NCBI GenBank assembly: GCA_963555985.3
Contig: OY820591.1
Span: 1,568,001-1,632,000, forward strand
Length of the DNA stretch: 64,000 nucleotides
Direction of reading: 5' to 3'
Source: Dehalococcoidia bacterium
GTDB lineage: Bacteria; Chloroflexota; Dehalococcoidia; Bin125
The position numbers and the translations under genes are program-made. Every line of letters begins with the position of its first letter. The first letter of the stretch is position 1. This document shows positions 47,330-56,711 of the stretch, one piece after another. The notes beneath the pieces are model-generated. The model had not been told where the DNA came from and searched no databases. It saw only the letters and a list, made by a program, of their open reading frames with translations.

Positions 47330-48717
47330 ATCGGCGGTCGCTGCCAGCCGCCGAGCGCAGATTCGAGCGCTCCGGCCAATGCCAGTGACACATCCTCGCG
47401 CCAGGGATGCGCGAGCACTTGGATGCCGATCGGCAGGCCCTCGGAGGATGTACCGCAGCGGACGACCGTTCCCGGCCAACCGGTGATGTTGTACGGACCG
47501 GTCCAGAACATGTTGCGCAGGTCTTGGTCGTAGGTGCGGCCATGCTCAGGCGCGGGAATCGCCGCGACGGGAGCCACGATGGCGTCGTACGGCTGGATGA
47601 ACTGGAGCATCTCGCTGCGGAACTGATCCTGATACTCGAGCGACTCGGTGAATTCGGGTGTGGAGGTGGGTTCCATCGTGGCGAATCCCTTCTCCAGGAA
47701 AGGAGACATCTCTTCAGTACCCCACTTCTTCAGCATCCGGTCGACCCAAGCCCTGCCGTCACCACCGCCCACGCGCGGCCAGAGATCCACGTACTCGCTC
47801 AGCGCCGGCGGCGCATCCTCGTCGACAGACTGAACGTGCTCAGCCAGCGCGGTCAGAGCCGCTTGGAGCGTCGCCAGCGTGTCTTCGTCCGGCGCGAGAT
47901 AGCCCTCCACATCGGAGTAGTAAGCGAGCTTGAGTCCGCTGAGATCCACATCAGCGGGATCGCCGAGTGGCATCGGGACGACGGTTGGGTCAATTCCGTC
48001 CGGCCCGGAGATGATCGGCAAGGCAAGCACGAGATCTTCGACATAGCGCGCCATTGGCCCGATGGTCGTCCACTCATCGATCGCGCCCATGCCCCAGGGG
48101 ACGATGTGACCGTGCCGCGAAACCCGGCCGGCGGTTGGCTTGATCCCGCAGATGCCGTTGAAGTGCGAGGGCAGACGAATGCTGCCGCCGGTGTCGCTGC
48201 CCATGTCGAGCGGCGATCCGCCCGCGCTGACGATCGCGCCTGCGCCGCCGCTGGAGCCGCCGCAAGTGCGCTCAGGATTGAAGGGGTTGCGGGTCTGGCC
48301 GTAGACGAGGTTGTCGGTTTCGCCAGAGAGCGTAAGTTCCGGCGTATTGGTCTTGCCCATCAGGATCGCGCCCGCTGCGCGGAGACGGGCAGCGACAGTG
48401 GAGTCAGCCTCCGGCACATAGTCCTTGCGACCGAGCGTGCCCCCGGTCGTGATCACTCCCTCAGTGTCGTGGGAATCCTTGAGTGTGATCGGCACGCCGT
48501 GCAGCGGCCCGAGGTCGTCGCCGCGGGCGAGTGCGGCGTCGGCCTCGGCTGCTTCGGTGCGGGCGCGGTCGGCGCAGAGTTGCACGACCGCATTGAGGGT
48601 GGGATTGACTTCGTCGATTCGCGCCAGATGCGCTTCCAGAACCTCCGAAGCGGAGACATCCTGGCTGCGAATCGCGGCGGCGATATCGGTCAGTGATGCG
48701 TAGATGAGCTCGTCCAT
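47326..48717 (-). CDS. Amidase (amidase-signature family)
   Basis: Motifs GPLHGVPITLKD, GGSSGG and GSDTGGSIRLP. Confidence 0.93.
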   Translation of the reverse strand: MDELIYASLTDIAAAIRSQDVSASEVLEAHLARIDEVNPTLNAVVQLCADRARTEAAEADAALARGDDLGPLHGVPITLKDSHDTEGVITTGGTLGRKDYVPEADSTVAARLRAAGAILMGKTNTPELTLSGETDNLVYGQTRNPFNPERTCGGSSGGAGAIVSAGGSPLDMGSDTGGSIRLPSHFNGICGIKPTAGRVSRHGHIVPWGMGAIDEWTTIGPMARYVEDLVLALPIISGPDGIDPTVVPMPLGDPADVDLSGLKLAYYSDVEGYLAPDEDTLATLQAALTALAEHVQSVDEDAPPALSEYVDLWPRVGGGDGRAWVDRMLKKWGTEEMSPFLEKGFATMEPTSTPEFTESLEYQDQFRSEMLQFIQPYDAIVAPVAAIPAPEHGRTYDQDLRNMFWTGPYNITGWPGTVVRCGTSSEGLPIGIQVLAHPWREDVSLALAGALESALGGWQRPPI

Positions 48718-48758
48718 GTGACTCTCCGTGGCGAGCGCCGCGAGAGACCTTGACGACC

Positions 48759-49565
48759 TCAGCGGCCTCTGAACTGGGCGGGACGCTTTTCGGCGAAGGC
48801 GGTCGTGCCCTCGCGCGCGTCCTCCGTGATCATGATCTCAGAATAAAGCTGCGACTCAAGGGTCATGCCGCTTGCGAAGCCCGACTCCAGCAGAACGCCT
48901 TCGTAGGCGGCTCGTTTGGAGGCTCGCACTGCAAGCGGCGCGTTCGAGGCGATCTCTTCTGCCCAGGCCTGCGCGGTAGGCAGCAGTTCTTCAGGGGGCG
49001 TGACGGCGTTGGCCAGACCAATCCGATGCGCCTCGGCGGCGTCGATGTGGTTGGCGCGGAGGAGGATTTCGAGCGCCTTGCCGAACGGCACGTAGCGGGC
49101 CAACCGCTGCACTTGTCCGCCGCCGGGCAGGAGTCCCCGCTTGGGCGCCATCGAGCCAATTCGCGCGGTCTCGCTCATGATCCGCAGATCGCAGGAGAGG
49201 GCAAGGGCGAACCCTCCCGCGAGACACCAACCGTTGATCGCGGCGATCACCGGTTTCCAGGTCTGGTCCGGTCCCCAGCTGGAGAGTCCGGCGGCGTTGG
49301 AGGGGTCGGACTCGCGCTTGGCGGCGGAGCGGGCGGCTCGATTGATCTCGTCGTTGTGCGCATCAGGACGGACCAGATCGCGACCGGCGCAGAAGGCGCG
49401 GCCCGCGCCGGTGATGATGGCGACGTGGAGATCGTCGTCGCGATCGAACTCGGACCAGAATTCGTCGAGTTGGCGCGACATTTCGGGATTGATCGCGTTC
49501 ATGCGCTCGGGGCGATCGAGCGTGACGGTGGCGATCTTGCCGTCGGTGGTGATGCGGACGGACAT
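48759..49565 (-). CDS. Enoyl-CoA hydratase/isomerase family protein
   Basis: Motifs AFCAGRDL, KPVIAAINGWCLAGG and AFAEKRPAQF. Confidence 0.9.
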   Translation of the reverse strand: MSVRITTDGKIATVTLDRPERMNAINPEMSRQLDEFWSEFDRDDDLHVAIITGAGRAFCAGRDLVRPDAHNDEINRAARSAAKRESDPSNAAGLSSWGPDQTWKPVIAAINGWCLAGGFALALSCDLRIMSETARIGSMAPKRGLLPGGGQVQRLARYVPFGKALEILLRANHIDAAEAHRIGLANAVTPPEELLPTAQAWAEEIASNAPLAVRASKRAAYEGVLLESGFASGMTLESQLYSEIMITEDAREGTTAFAEKRPAQFRGR

Positions 49566-49573
49566 CGTTTGGC

Positions 49574-49849
49574 CTAACCCCCCGCAACGGCGGGAACGAT
49601 CGAGACTTCGTCGCCCTGACCGAGTGCAGTGGCGAGCCCGTCCAGGAAGCGGACGTCCTCGCCGTTGACGAAGAGATTGACGAAGCGCCGAATCTCGCCG
49701 TCTTCATCTACGATTCGCTCGCCCATGCCGGGATACTCGGCCTCAAGGTTCTGGACGAGGGTCAGCAGGGTCTCGCCGTCTGCCTGAACGACGTCCTGCT
49801 GCCCGGTCAGGGCTCGCAGCGGAGTGGGGATGCGCACAGTGACGCTCAT
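49574..49849 (-). CDS. MoaD/ThiS family sulfur-carrier protein
   Basis: Motifs VRIPTPLR and RRFVNLFVNGEDVR; C-terminal AVAGG. Confidence 0.9.
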   Translation of the reverse strand: MSVTVRIPTPLRALTGQQDVVQADGETLLTLVQNLEAEYPGMGERIVDEDGEIRRFVNLFVNGEDVRFLDGLATALGQGDEVSIVPAVAGG

Positions 49850-49951
49850 TGGAGTCAACTCACTTCCATGGCTAGCGGCATGTTCGTGCGTGGTATCGGT
49901 TCTGAGCGTACTGCGCGCCGGTTCAGCGGTCTGTGCGGTCGACTGCAACGG

Positions 49952-50275
49952 CTATTCGTCGTCAGGATCCGAGGGTTCCCAGAGCACGCGGCAACTCTGG
50001 CAGACGAGGGCCGAGATCACGTCGCGGCCGCCTTCGTCCGGGTCTTCTGATTCGAGCGTTTCGTATTCGAGTTCGATTTCAGTACCGCAGTCCGGGCAGA
50101 GCGGGCGCAGCGCATAGTCGAAGTCGCCCGATGTCACCGAGCTGCGGTGAATCAGGGTGTCGATGTCAACCCATTCGTCGAACGGAACGGTTCGTACGGC
50201 GAAGTTCGCCAGGTCGGCGTCGAAATCCGCGCCGCCGGGATCGCCGGGTGTGCGTCCACCGCCGAAACTGCTCAT
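49952..50275 (-). CDS. Small Zn-finger hypothetical protein
   Basis: CPDC...CQSC. Confidence 0.6.
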   Translation of the reverse strand: MSSFGGGRTPGDPGGADFDADLANFAVRTVPFDEWVDIDTLIHRSSVTSGDFDYALRPLCPDCGTEIELEYETLESEDPDEGGRDVISALVCQSCRVLWEPSDPDDE

Positions 50276-50320
50276 GGGCGCATGGTAATCGGGTGTGGAC
50301 GTCCAGCCACTCTCAGGCGG

Positions 50321-50620
50321 CTAATTGACGAAACTCCGACGCCCGGCCAAGGCGTAGACCGCGAGCTCAGTCTCGCGGTCGCTGTAGCGCGGCAGCTCGT
50401 GATCGCCGCGCCTCCGACGTCCCGCGTTGCCGGCGAAGATGTCCGAGTTGTTCTTGCGCTCCTCTTCGGGGAAGGAGTTGCGGAAGTCGCGTTCGAGGGC
50501 GCACTTGCGACAACGGGCGTGAGAAATTGGCCCGTTCGGCGGTTCGATCTGCCAGTTGTGCGTGCAGAGGGAGGGGTCGTTCACAGACACGGCAGTTACT
50601 CCCAGAGATCCCGCCACCAA
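50321..50620 (-). CDS. Small Cys/His hypothetical protein
   Basis: CTHNWQIEPPNGPISHARCRKC...F.NS; start uncertain. Confidence 0.6.
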   Translation of the reverse strand: MVAGSLGVTAVSVNDPSLCTHNWQIEPPNGPISHARCRKCALERDFRNSFPEEERKNNSDIFAGNAGRRRRGDHELPRYSDRETELAVYALAGRRSFVN

Positions 50621-50881
50621 GCGGTCGCAGACGCCGATTGAGTGGGATTGCGCCTACGTTGCCCGCACGATGTATTCGCAGAGAGCGTATGTCAACTTGT
50701 ACATTTGTGTCTCTGTGGAAAGTTGTTATCTGGTGGAAAGATAAGGCAACCGTTCGTTTCTAGAATCAGTCGAGCTCGTCTTCTGGACTGACGCACCGAG
50801 CCGGCGACGGGTCTGTACAGGCGCACTACGCGATTCCGATGCGTATCGCCGGCTCATGCAACCACATCCGCGGCTCAGGAA

Positions 50882-51343
50882 TCAATCGCTTGTAAGCGCC
50901 TTCACCTGTTCGAGCGCTTCCTCCGGGTGGCGGTTGAAGTCGCGTGGCGCATCAACGATGTGTCGCACCACGCCGTCCGCGTCAATGACATAGGTCATCC
51001 GCGCCGTGATCCCGCGCTCCTCGTTGAGGATGCCCCAGGCTTTGCCGGTGCGGCCCCAGGGGAAGTCGCCCAGCAGCGGAAAGTCGAGGCCAAGCTCGCG
51101 AGCGTAGGCTCCGGCGGCGAACGGCGAGTCAACGGAAATGCCCAAGACCTGGGCGCCGGCCGCTTCGAACTCGCTGTGGAGTTCATGGAAACGGCTGAGT
51201 TCGTTCGTTCAACCGCCGGTGAACGCGAGCACATACCAGGCGACGACGACCGGCTGTCCACGGTAGCCGGACAGGGAGTGTTCCTTGCGGTCGCCGTCCA
51301 TGAGCGTAAAGTCCGGCGCAGTTTGACCGATTTCCACGGGCAT
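50882..51343 (-). CDS. Peroxiredoxin (AhpC/TSA, AhpE/BCP-like), probable selenoprotein
   Basis: GAGGAG RBS; MPVEIGQTAPDFTL...WYVLAFTGG-TGA(51209-51211)-TNELSRF...GISVDSPF in a single frame; the TGA occupies the peroxidatic Cys position. Confidence 0.85.
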
Positions 51344-51417
51344 CTTGGCTCCTCAGCAACTTGGTGGCGCGGATCGGGACGTCTGGGTTGATCCTATCCA
51401 GTCGGTATACTCGCTGC

Positions 51418-51957
51418 ATGGCCAACGGCGCGGAGTGGGACTTGGGCGAGGCGGACGCGTTGGAAGCGGAGGCGATCGGCCTGCCCGGTCAGCGCCGCTT
51501 CCGTCTGCGTGTGAGCGCTGGTGCGACAACCGCAGCGATCTGGTGCGAAAAGGAGCATGTCTCCTCTCTGGCGACGGCGATTCAGCAGCAACTGGCGCGT
51601 CACCGGCAGCGGGGCGAAGGACGCCGTCCAACCGCGCCTTCGTTGTCGCCGTTTCCTGATCGACCGACGCACGAATTTCAGCTTGGGCAGCTCGGGCTCG
51701 ACTACAACGACAGCCTCGACAGCCTGATCGTGTACGCGACGGACGTGGAGCAGAGTTCGAACCAACCGACGCTGCGATTTGCGCTCAGCCGGCAGGCGGC
51801 GCGAGTGTTTACGGTGCAGGCCGAACAAACCGTCGCGGGAGGGCGCCCAACCTGCCCGTTATGCCAACAACCTTTGGAGGGCTCGGAGCATCTCTGTCCG
51901 CGCAGCAATGGTCACGGCGACGGCGCCCTGGCGGGCATTGGCCCGCCCGACTTTTAG
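51418..51957 (+). CDS. DUF3090-like conserved protein
   Basis: Motifs AIGLPGQRRF, WCEKE and GRPTCPLC...HLCPRSNGH. Confidence 0.8.
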   Translation: MANGAEWDLGEADALEAEAIGLPGQRRFRLRVSAGATTAAIWCEKEHVSSLATAIQQQLARHRQRGEGRRPTAPSLSPFPDRPTHEFQLGQLGLDYNDSLDSLIVYATDVEQSSNQPTLRFALSRQAARVFTVQAEQTVAGGRPTCPLCQQPLEGSEHLCPRSNGHGDGALAGIGPPDF

Positions 51958-51972
51958 ACGCGGGGCGAGCTC

Positions 51973-53283
51973 TTGGCGGCGTTTGGCGGATTGGCCTCAA
52001 GCGAGCGCTGGTTGACTGCGCGCGCCGCGCCTCAACATGGGCGGCTGCGCTTGGTAGCGACGGCAGTAGGGCGGACGCTACCGCCGCTGCCGCCACAGCT
52101 CTGGACGCTGCAATACGTGCTTTCGCTGTTGGGGACGTTCTCGTTCTTTTCCTGCTTTTTCTACCTGACCACAACGCTGCCGCGCGAAATGACCGATCAG
52201 GGCGCGAACCTATTCGAGATCGGACTCGTAACCAGCGGCTATGCGGTGATCCCGATCTTCCTGCGCCCGTTCGTCGGTCGCTGGAGCGACAGCGGCTTCC
52301 GCGTGCGCCAGATGCGGATTGGCCTGATTGCCTTCGTAGGGTCATTCACGTTGATGATCTTCACCAACGACGTATGGGCCCTGTTTGCGCTGCGCTGCGT
52401 GCAGGGGGTGGGGATGGCGGCTTATCCCACTTCCGCCGGTTCGATGGTGGCCGAGATCGTGCCGCCCCCGCGCCGCGGCGAGGGATTGGGCTTTTTCGGC
52501 CTCTCGACCAGTTTCGCCCAGACCGCGACGCCAGCGATCGGCGGTTTAGTGGCGTTGGCGGGCGGCTTCGACGCGGTCTTGATTCTCGCCGCGGTCACGG
52601 CGGCGCTGTCGTTCGCAGTCACGCTGTTCCAGCGCGAGCCGACGCGGCCACAGACGCAGACGACTGCCATCTCGCTCAAAGCGTTGATTCCGGCGCGGGC
52701 GGTCTTCCCGATGTTGGTATTCCTCAGCGTCACGCTGGGCTTCTCAGTCGCGGCGGCGTTCCTCGAGCCCTTGGGCGACGAGCCAGGGCGCAGTCTAGGC
52801 CCGATCTGGCTCTTCTTCCTGTTCAGCGGCGTCGGCGCGATGATCTCGCGGCCGATGGCTGGGCGGTTGTCGGATCGGATCGGGCGCGTACCGGTGATCA
52901 TTCCGGGGCTGATCGCGACCTGTGCCGGGATGGTCGTGGTGACGCAATCGGAGACGGGGGTGATGTTCTGGGTGGCGGGCGTGTTGACCGGGATTGGCAT
53001 GGGCGGCGCGCACACTGGGTTGTTGGCGTTAGCCGTTGATCGCGTTTCAGCGACTCAACGCGGCGGCGCAACAGCGACCTTCCAATTGGCCTGGGACGTG
53101 GGGGCAGTGTGCGCTTTTCTGATCGGGATCGTGGGGGCATTTTTCGATGTGGAGATGATCTTCTGGGTCGCGGCGTTGGGCGCATTGATCGCCTTGGCCG
53201 GATTGATCCTGGGCCGCGCGATGGGCTGGACTCGTCCGGCGCCGCTGCCTGCGCCGATCGGCGCAGGCGCGGGAGGCGGGTGA
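51973..53283 (+). CDS. MFS transporter
   Basis: About 12 TM; motifs GRWSD and GRLSDRIGR; start uncertain. Confidence 0.9.
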   Translation: MAAFGGLASSERWLTARAAPQHGRLRLVATAVGRTLPPLPPQLWTLQYVLSLLGTFSFFSCFFYLTTTLPREMTDQGANLFEIGLVTSGYAVIPIFLRPFVGRWSDSGFRVRQMRIGLIAFVGSFTLMIFTNDVWALFALRCVQGVGMAAYPTSAGSMVAEIVPPPRRGEGLGFFGLSTSFAQTATPAIGGLVALAGGFDAVLILAAVTAALSFAVTLFQREPTRPQTQTTAISLKALIPARAVFPMLVFLSVTLGFSVAAAFLEPLGDEPGRSLGPIWLFFLFSGVGAMISRPMAGRLSDRIGRVPVIIPGLIATCAGMVVVTQSETGVMFWVAGVLTGIGMGGAHTGLLALAVDRVSATQRGGATATFQLAWDVGAVCAFLIGIVGAFFDVEMIFWVAALGALIALAGLILGRAMGWTRPAPLPAPIGAGAGGG

Positions 53284-53287
53284 TGTT

Positions 53288-53791
53288 GTGGCCGGTGATC
53301 TGGAGCTGCGCGAGCTACAACGCGAGCGACCGCCGTCCCGCCAACTAAATCGCTGGTGGTTCGTCGCGTCACTCGCGGTCGGCGTCTTTCTGGTCGCCGT
53401 GTTGGGCCTGAGCACTTCTATCTTCGATACCGGGCCAACCGACGCCGACGTAGAAGCCGCGTACCGGGAGGGCACCGATCGGGGCACGATCGAGGGAGAG
53501 GAGTATTGGCTCGAAGAATTGGAGCGCCGCTGGTGGCTCGGCTATCGCCACGGCAGGAATGAACAGTCGTCGATCAGCTTGGATCTCCTGCTCGCGGTGC
53601 GCGACGGATTCTCGTGGGAAGCAGGATTCGAAGCCGGGAAACGCTCGCCGGATCTGGATCCCGCAAAGGCTTACGACGACGGCTGGCGAGCAGGCTATGT
53701 GGCGGGCTGGGGGTCGGTGACTGGCGAAACCGGCATTGATGCTCCAGCGCCGCCGCGTGATCGACGGGCGGAATGGGGCGGCGAGCAATGA
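53288..53791 (+). CDS. Hypothetical membrane-anchored protein
   Basis: TM segment followed by FDTGPTDADV and G-Y/W-x-x-G helical repeats. Confidence 0.65.
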   Translation: MAGDLELRELQRERPPSRQLNRWWFVASLAVGVFLVAVLGLSTSIFDTGPTDADVEAAYREGTDRGTIEGEEYWLEELERRWWLGYRHGRNEQSSISLDLLLAVRDGFSWEAGFEAGKRSPDLDPAKAYDDGWRAGYVAGWGSVTGETGIDAPAPPRDRRAEWGGEQ

Positions 53792-54204
53792 TCGAGCTGC
53801 GAGCGCTCCTGCTGTTGGTGATCTCGTTTGCCGCCGGCGCATTGGCGACCGCAGCGATCGGCGGCGCGACCGGCGTGTTTGATCGCGGACCGACCGAAGC
53901 GGATGTCCAAGCAGCTGAAGAGCGCGGGGCGGAAGAGGCCCGGGCATTGCTAGACGTGCGCATGGCCCCGCGCGGCGAGGAGGAGGAACGACGAGGGTAC
54001 AACCGCGGCCGCGAGGCCAACGAGTGGCTCTCGCTGGAGCGACTACCGAATCCCGACGGTTGGTTCGCGGGCGTGATGGCGGGCCGGGCAGAGCGCGAGC
54101 TTGAGACGCAGGAGGCCTACGCGCAGGGCTACGCCGACGGCGAGCTACAGGGGCGGGACGAGGCGGTGGGCGCGCTCCGGCAGCGGAGTGAGCGTGAGGA
54201 TTAG
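53788..54204 (+). CDS. Hypothetical membrane-anchored protein, paralogue of the upstream gene
   Basis: ATGA overlap; FDRGPTEADV; GYxxG repeats. Confidence 0.65.
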   Translation: MIELRALLLLVISFAAGALATAAIGGATGVFDRGPTEADVQAAEERGAEEARALLDVRMAPRGEEEERRGYNRGREANEWLSLERLPNPDGWFAGVMAGRAERELETQEAYAQGYADGELQGRDEAVGALRQRSERED

Positions 54205-54409
54205 GGCGCGCTATCTCCGCTGATTCCAATGCGCGACCTCGTCAAGCAGTCTGCCCAAATCTGCCCAAGTCTGGACAGATTCGAACACTTTCAGCGCGAA
54301 TTCCTCAGACATGTTCAGACTGCGCGAAGTGTATCGGCGCTGTTTGACGGGAGAATTTCGGAGGGATTGACCGGATCTCCTGTTGAGCGCTGAGGATCGT
54401 GCGTTTGTG

Positions 54410-54456
54410 GGTCTGGATTTGTCCAGATCTGTCCAGATCTGTCCAGATCCGTCTGG
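54410..54456 (-). repeat. 10-bp tandem repeat (atctggacag)n
   Basis: The + strand reads ttgtccagat ctgtccagat ctgtccagat ccgtctggat. Confidence 0.7.
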
Positions 54457-54836
54457 ATTGATCTCGATGCGGGTGGATTTTTTCCAGGCGAATCCGGGCA
54501 TGTCCGGCGCCGTCCGGGTTTGGAGCGAGGCGTGCACGGGACACAGCGGTCTCCTATGGATTCGTGCGTGTATATGTTCTGAGCATACCCGGTTTCGCCT
54601 CGGTTGAGGAGGGCGGGGCAGGGAGCGCCGAGGCTCAGCCTCGAGACCAGCGCGCGTGCGGGCCGACCGCGCTCGTGGTTGTGTGAACAGGCCCTAGTCA
54701 GCAGCACCGGTGCTGCCCAATCCGCCCAAAATCCCCGCACCGGCTGAGCGTGTCGGAGGATCGACAGACGTTTCGTTCCGCTATCGTGACGTTTGCTGAG
54801 AGTTGACAAGAACACGGTCGAAAGGGTGACATCACG

Positions 54837-56012
54837 ATGTTTCACTCCGGTCAACGCATTTCGCGCCAGACACTTCTGATTGCCGCCCTGGCGGGGGCGG
54901 TGCTCATCCTGCTCGGGATATTGCTCAGCGATGTCACGGCGGGAGATGGGGGCGATGGAGACGTTCGGCTCTCGGCTCGACGGCTGGACGACGGACGAGT
55001 GGAGCTGGCTCTGCAAGAGCGAAGCGATGGTCAGTGGAGCGCGCGCCAGCATCCTGAGGCGCGGTTCCTGCCGACCGACGCGGACGCAGGCGTCTGGCAC
55101 GCGAGCTCGCCGCTGAGAGTCGCAGCGTCGCGCTTGCTCGATGGCGCGCTCGGCTGTGTGGTTCACCACGGCAACCCAGGCGACCCCTTCTGGCGCGACC
55201 TCGCGCCGGCCGGTCACGACTTCAACCTGAACTTGCGGATCACCGGCTCGCCGCAGCCAGTCGAGCAGGCGGCGTTGCTCGACGAATGCGTCGCCGACGG
55301 CGCGGTGGTGATCGCGACGACCCTCGCCGCGCCCGACACGTTGGCGGACGCGATCGCCGCGGCCCGCGCAGCCGGTACACCGGTCGTCTCGTTCAATTCC
55401 GGCGTGAGGCTGGCGGCCGGGGTCGGCAGCGCCATCCATGTCGGGCTCGATGACAAGGACGCGGGCACGATTCCCGCCGAGGCGTTCAACGAGGCTGGTG
55501 TCGAAGGTGTGATGCTTTGCGTCATTCACGAGGAATTCAATGTCGGCCTCGAAGAACGCTGCGACTACGCGGAGACGATCTACGCCGGCGAACTGGAGCG
55601 CTTCCGCGTGCACGAGTTCGGCCTCGCGGATCCGCAGGGAGTTCGGTCGGCGATCGCCGAGCGGCTGCGCGCCGGCGATGTCGGCGCCGTCTTCACCTTG
55701 AATCACGAACTGCTGGAAGTCTCGCTCGCCGCCGCTGAGGATGCGGGCGTGCAGGTCGAGCATGGCACCGTCGGCTTCGACCCGGCGCAGTTGCCCCTGG
55801 TCATTTCCGGCGAGGTCCTGTTCGTGCTCGACGACCTCGCGCCTTTGCAGGCCTATCTGGGAATCGCATCGTTGGTGATCGCGGGCTTCTTCGCAGCGCA
55901 GGGGCTGGATGCGACGGACATATTCGGCAGCGTCGACATGAAAATCGAGCCGGTGCTGATCGACCGGGAACGCGCGCAGGAGGAACTGCAACGGCTGGAG
56001 GACGGCAGCTAG
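54837..56012 (+). CDS. Sugar-type periplasmic-binding protein with an extra N-terminal domain
   Basis: Motifs HGNPGDPFW, AGTPVVSFNSG, HVGLDD and LEERC; N-terminal VRLSARRLDDGRVELALQ module. Confidence 0.8.
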   Translation: MFHSGQRISRQTLLIAALAGAVLILLGILLSDVTAGDGGDGDVRLSARRLDDGRVELALQERSDGQWSARQHPEARFLPTDADAGVWHASSPLRVAASRLLDGALGCVVHHGNPGDPFWRDLAPAGHDFNLNLRITGSPQPVEQAALLDECVADGAVVIATTLAAPDTLADAIAAARAAGTPVVSFNSGVRLAAGVGSAIHVGLDDKDAGTIPAEAFNEAGVEGVMLCVIHEEFNVGLEERCDYAETIYAGELERFRVHEFGLADPQGVRSAIAERLRAGDVGAVFTLNHELLEVSLAAAEDAGVQVEHGTVGFDPAQLPLVISGEVLFVLDDLAPLQAYLGIASLVIAGFFAAQGLDATDIFGSVDMKIEPVLIDRERAQEELQRLEDGS

Positions 56013-56022
56013 CGGTCGCCCG

Positions 56023-56682
56023 TTACGGCGTGCGCTGGCCCCACTGGTTCCAGTGGATGATCTCGTCCAGCGGCACGCGCGGCGCGGGCTTGAATGTTTC
56101 GCCGGTGAAGTAGGCCATCGGCAGCAGCACCGCCTGGGTGACGTCTTCGGGGATGCCGAGCAGTTCCTGCGACAGCGACTCGTCGCGCAGATGCAGCGTC
56201 GTCCAGGCCATGCCGATCCCGCGCGCGCGGGCGGCCAGCATGAACGACCAGGCGCCGGGGATGATCGAGCCGTAGGTGGCCGCCTGCGCCATCTGGCCGG
56301 CGTCCTCGACCCTGCCCGTAATGCAGGCGATCAGCAGCGCCGGGCAGCGGTGCATCTCGTTGGCCAGATAGGTCGCCGAGCGGGTCACGCCCTCGGCCGC
56401 GGCGGCCCGCGAGTCGCCCTCCGGCCAACGCGGACCCTCGTCCTCCCGCGCGGCGGCCAACTCCATGAAGCTGTCTCGGTAGATCTTGGCGATCCCCGCG
56501 ATCTTCTCCGGGGCGGTCACGACCATCCATTGCCATTGCTGCGAGTTCGACGCGGTCGGCGCTTGTAGCGCGATCTCGAGACACTCGGTGATCACGGCCG
56601 GGTCGATCGGGCGCTCGAAGTCAAGTCGCAGCCGAACCGAACGGGTGGTGGTTAGAACTTGATCGGCGGACAGCTCAGGCAT
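56023..56682 (-). CDS. Nitroreductase family protein
   Basis: Motifs TTRSVR, APTASNSQQW and FMLAARARGIG. Confidence 0.9.
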   Translation of the reverse strand: MPELSADQVLTTTRSVRLRLDFERPIDPAVITECLEIALQAPTASNSQQWQWMVVTAPEKIAGIAKIYRDSFMELAAAREDEGPRWPEGDSRAAAAEGVTRSATYLANEMHRCPALLIACITGRVEDAGQMAQAATYGSIIPGAWSFMLAARARGIGMAWTTLHLRDESLSQELLGIPEDVTQAVLLPMAYFTGETFKPAPRVPLDEIIHWNQWGQRTP

Positions 56683-56711
56683 GGGGTGGCTTCCAGACGC
56701 TTCACGCTTTG

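Noticed and set aside
50620-50880. Possible ncRNA or riboswitch in an AT-richer intergenic gap
   Set aside because: No recognisable conserved motif or convincing structure by eye; most likely promoter DNA.
54315-55991. 558-aa minus-strand ORF
   Set aside because: Antisense shadow of the solute-binding protein plus repeat-containing intergenic DNA.
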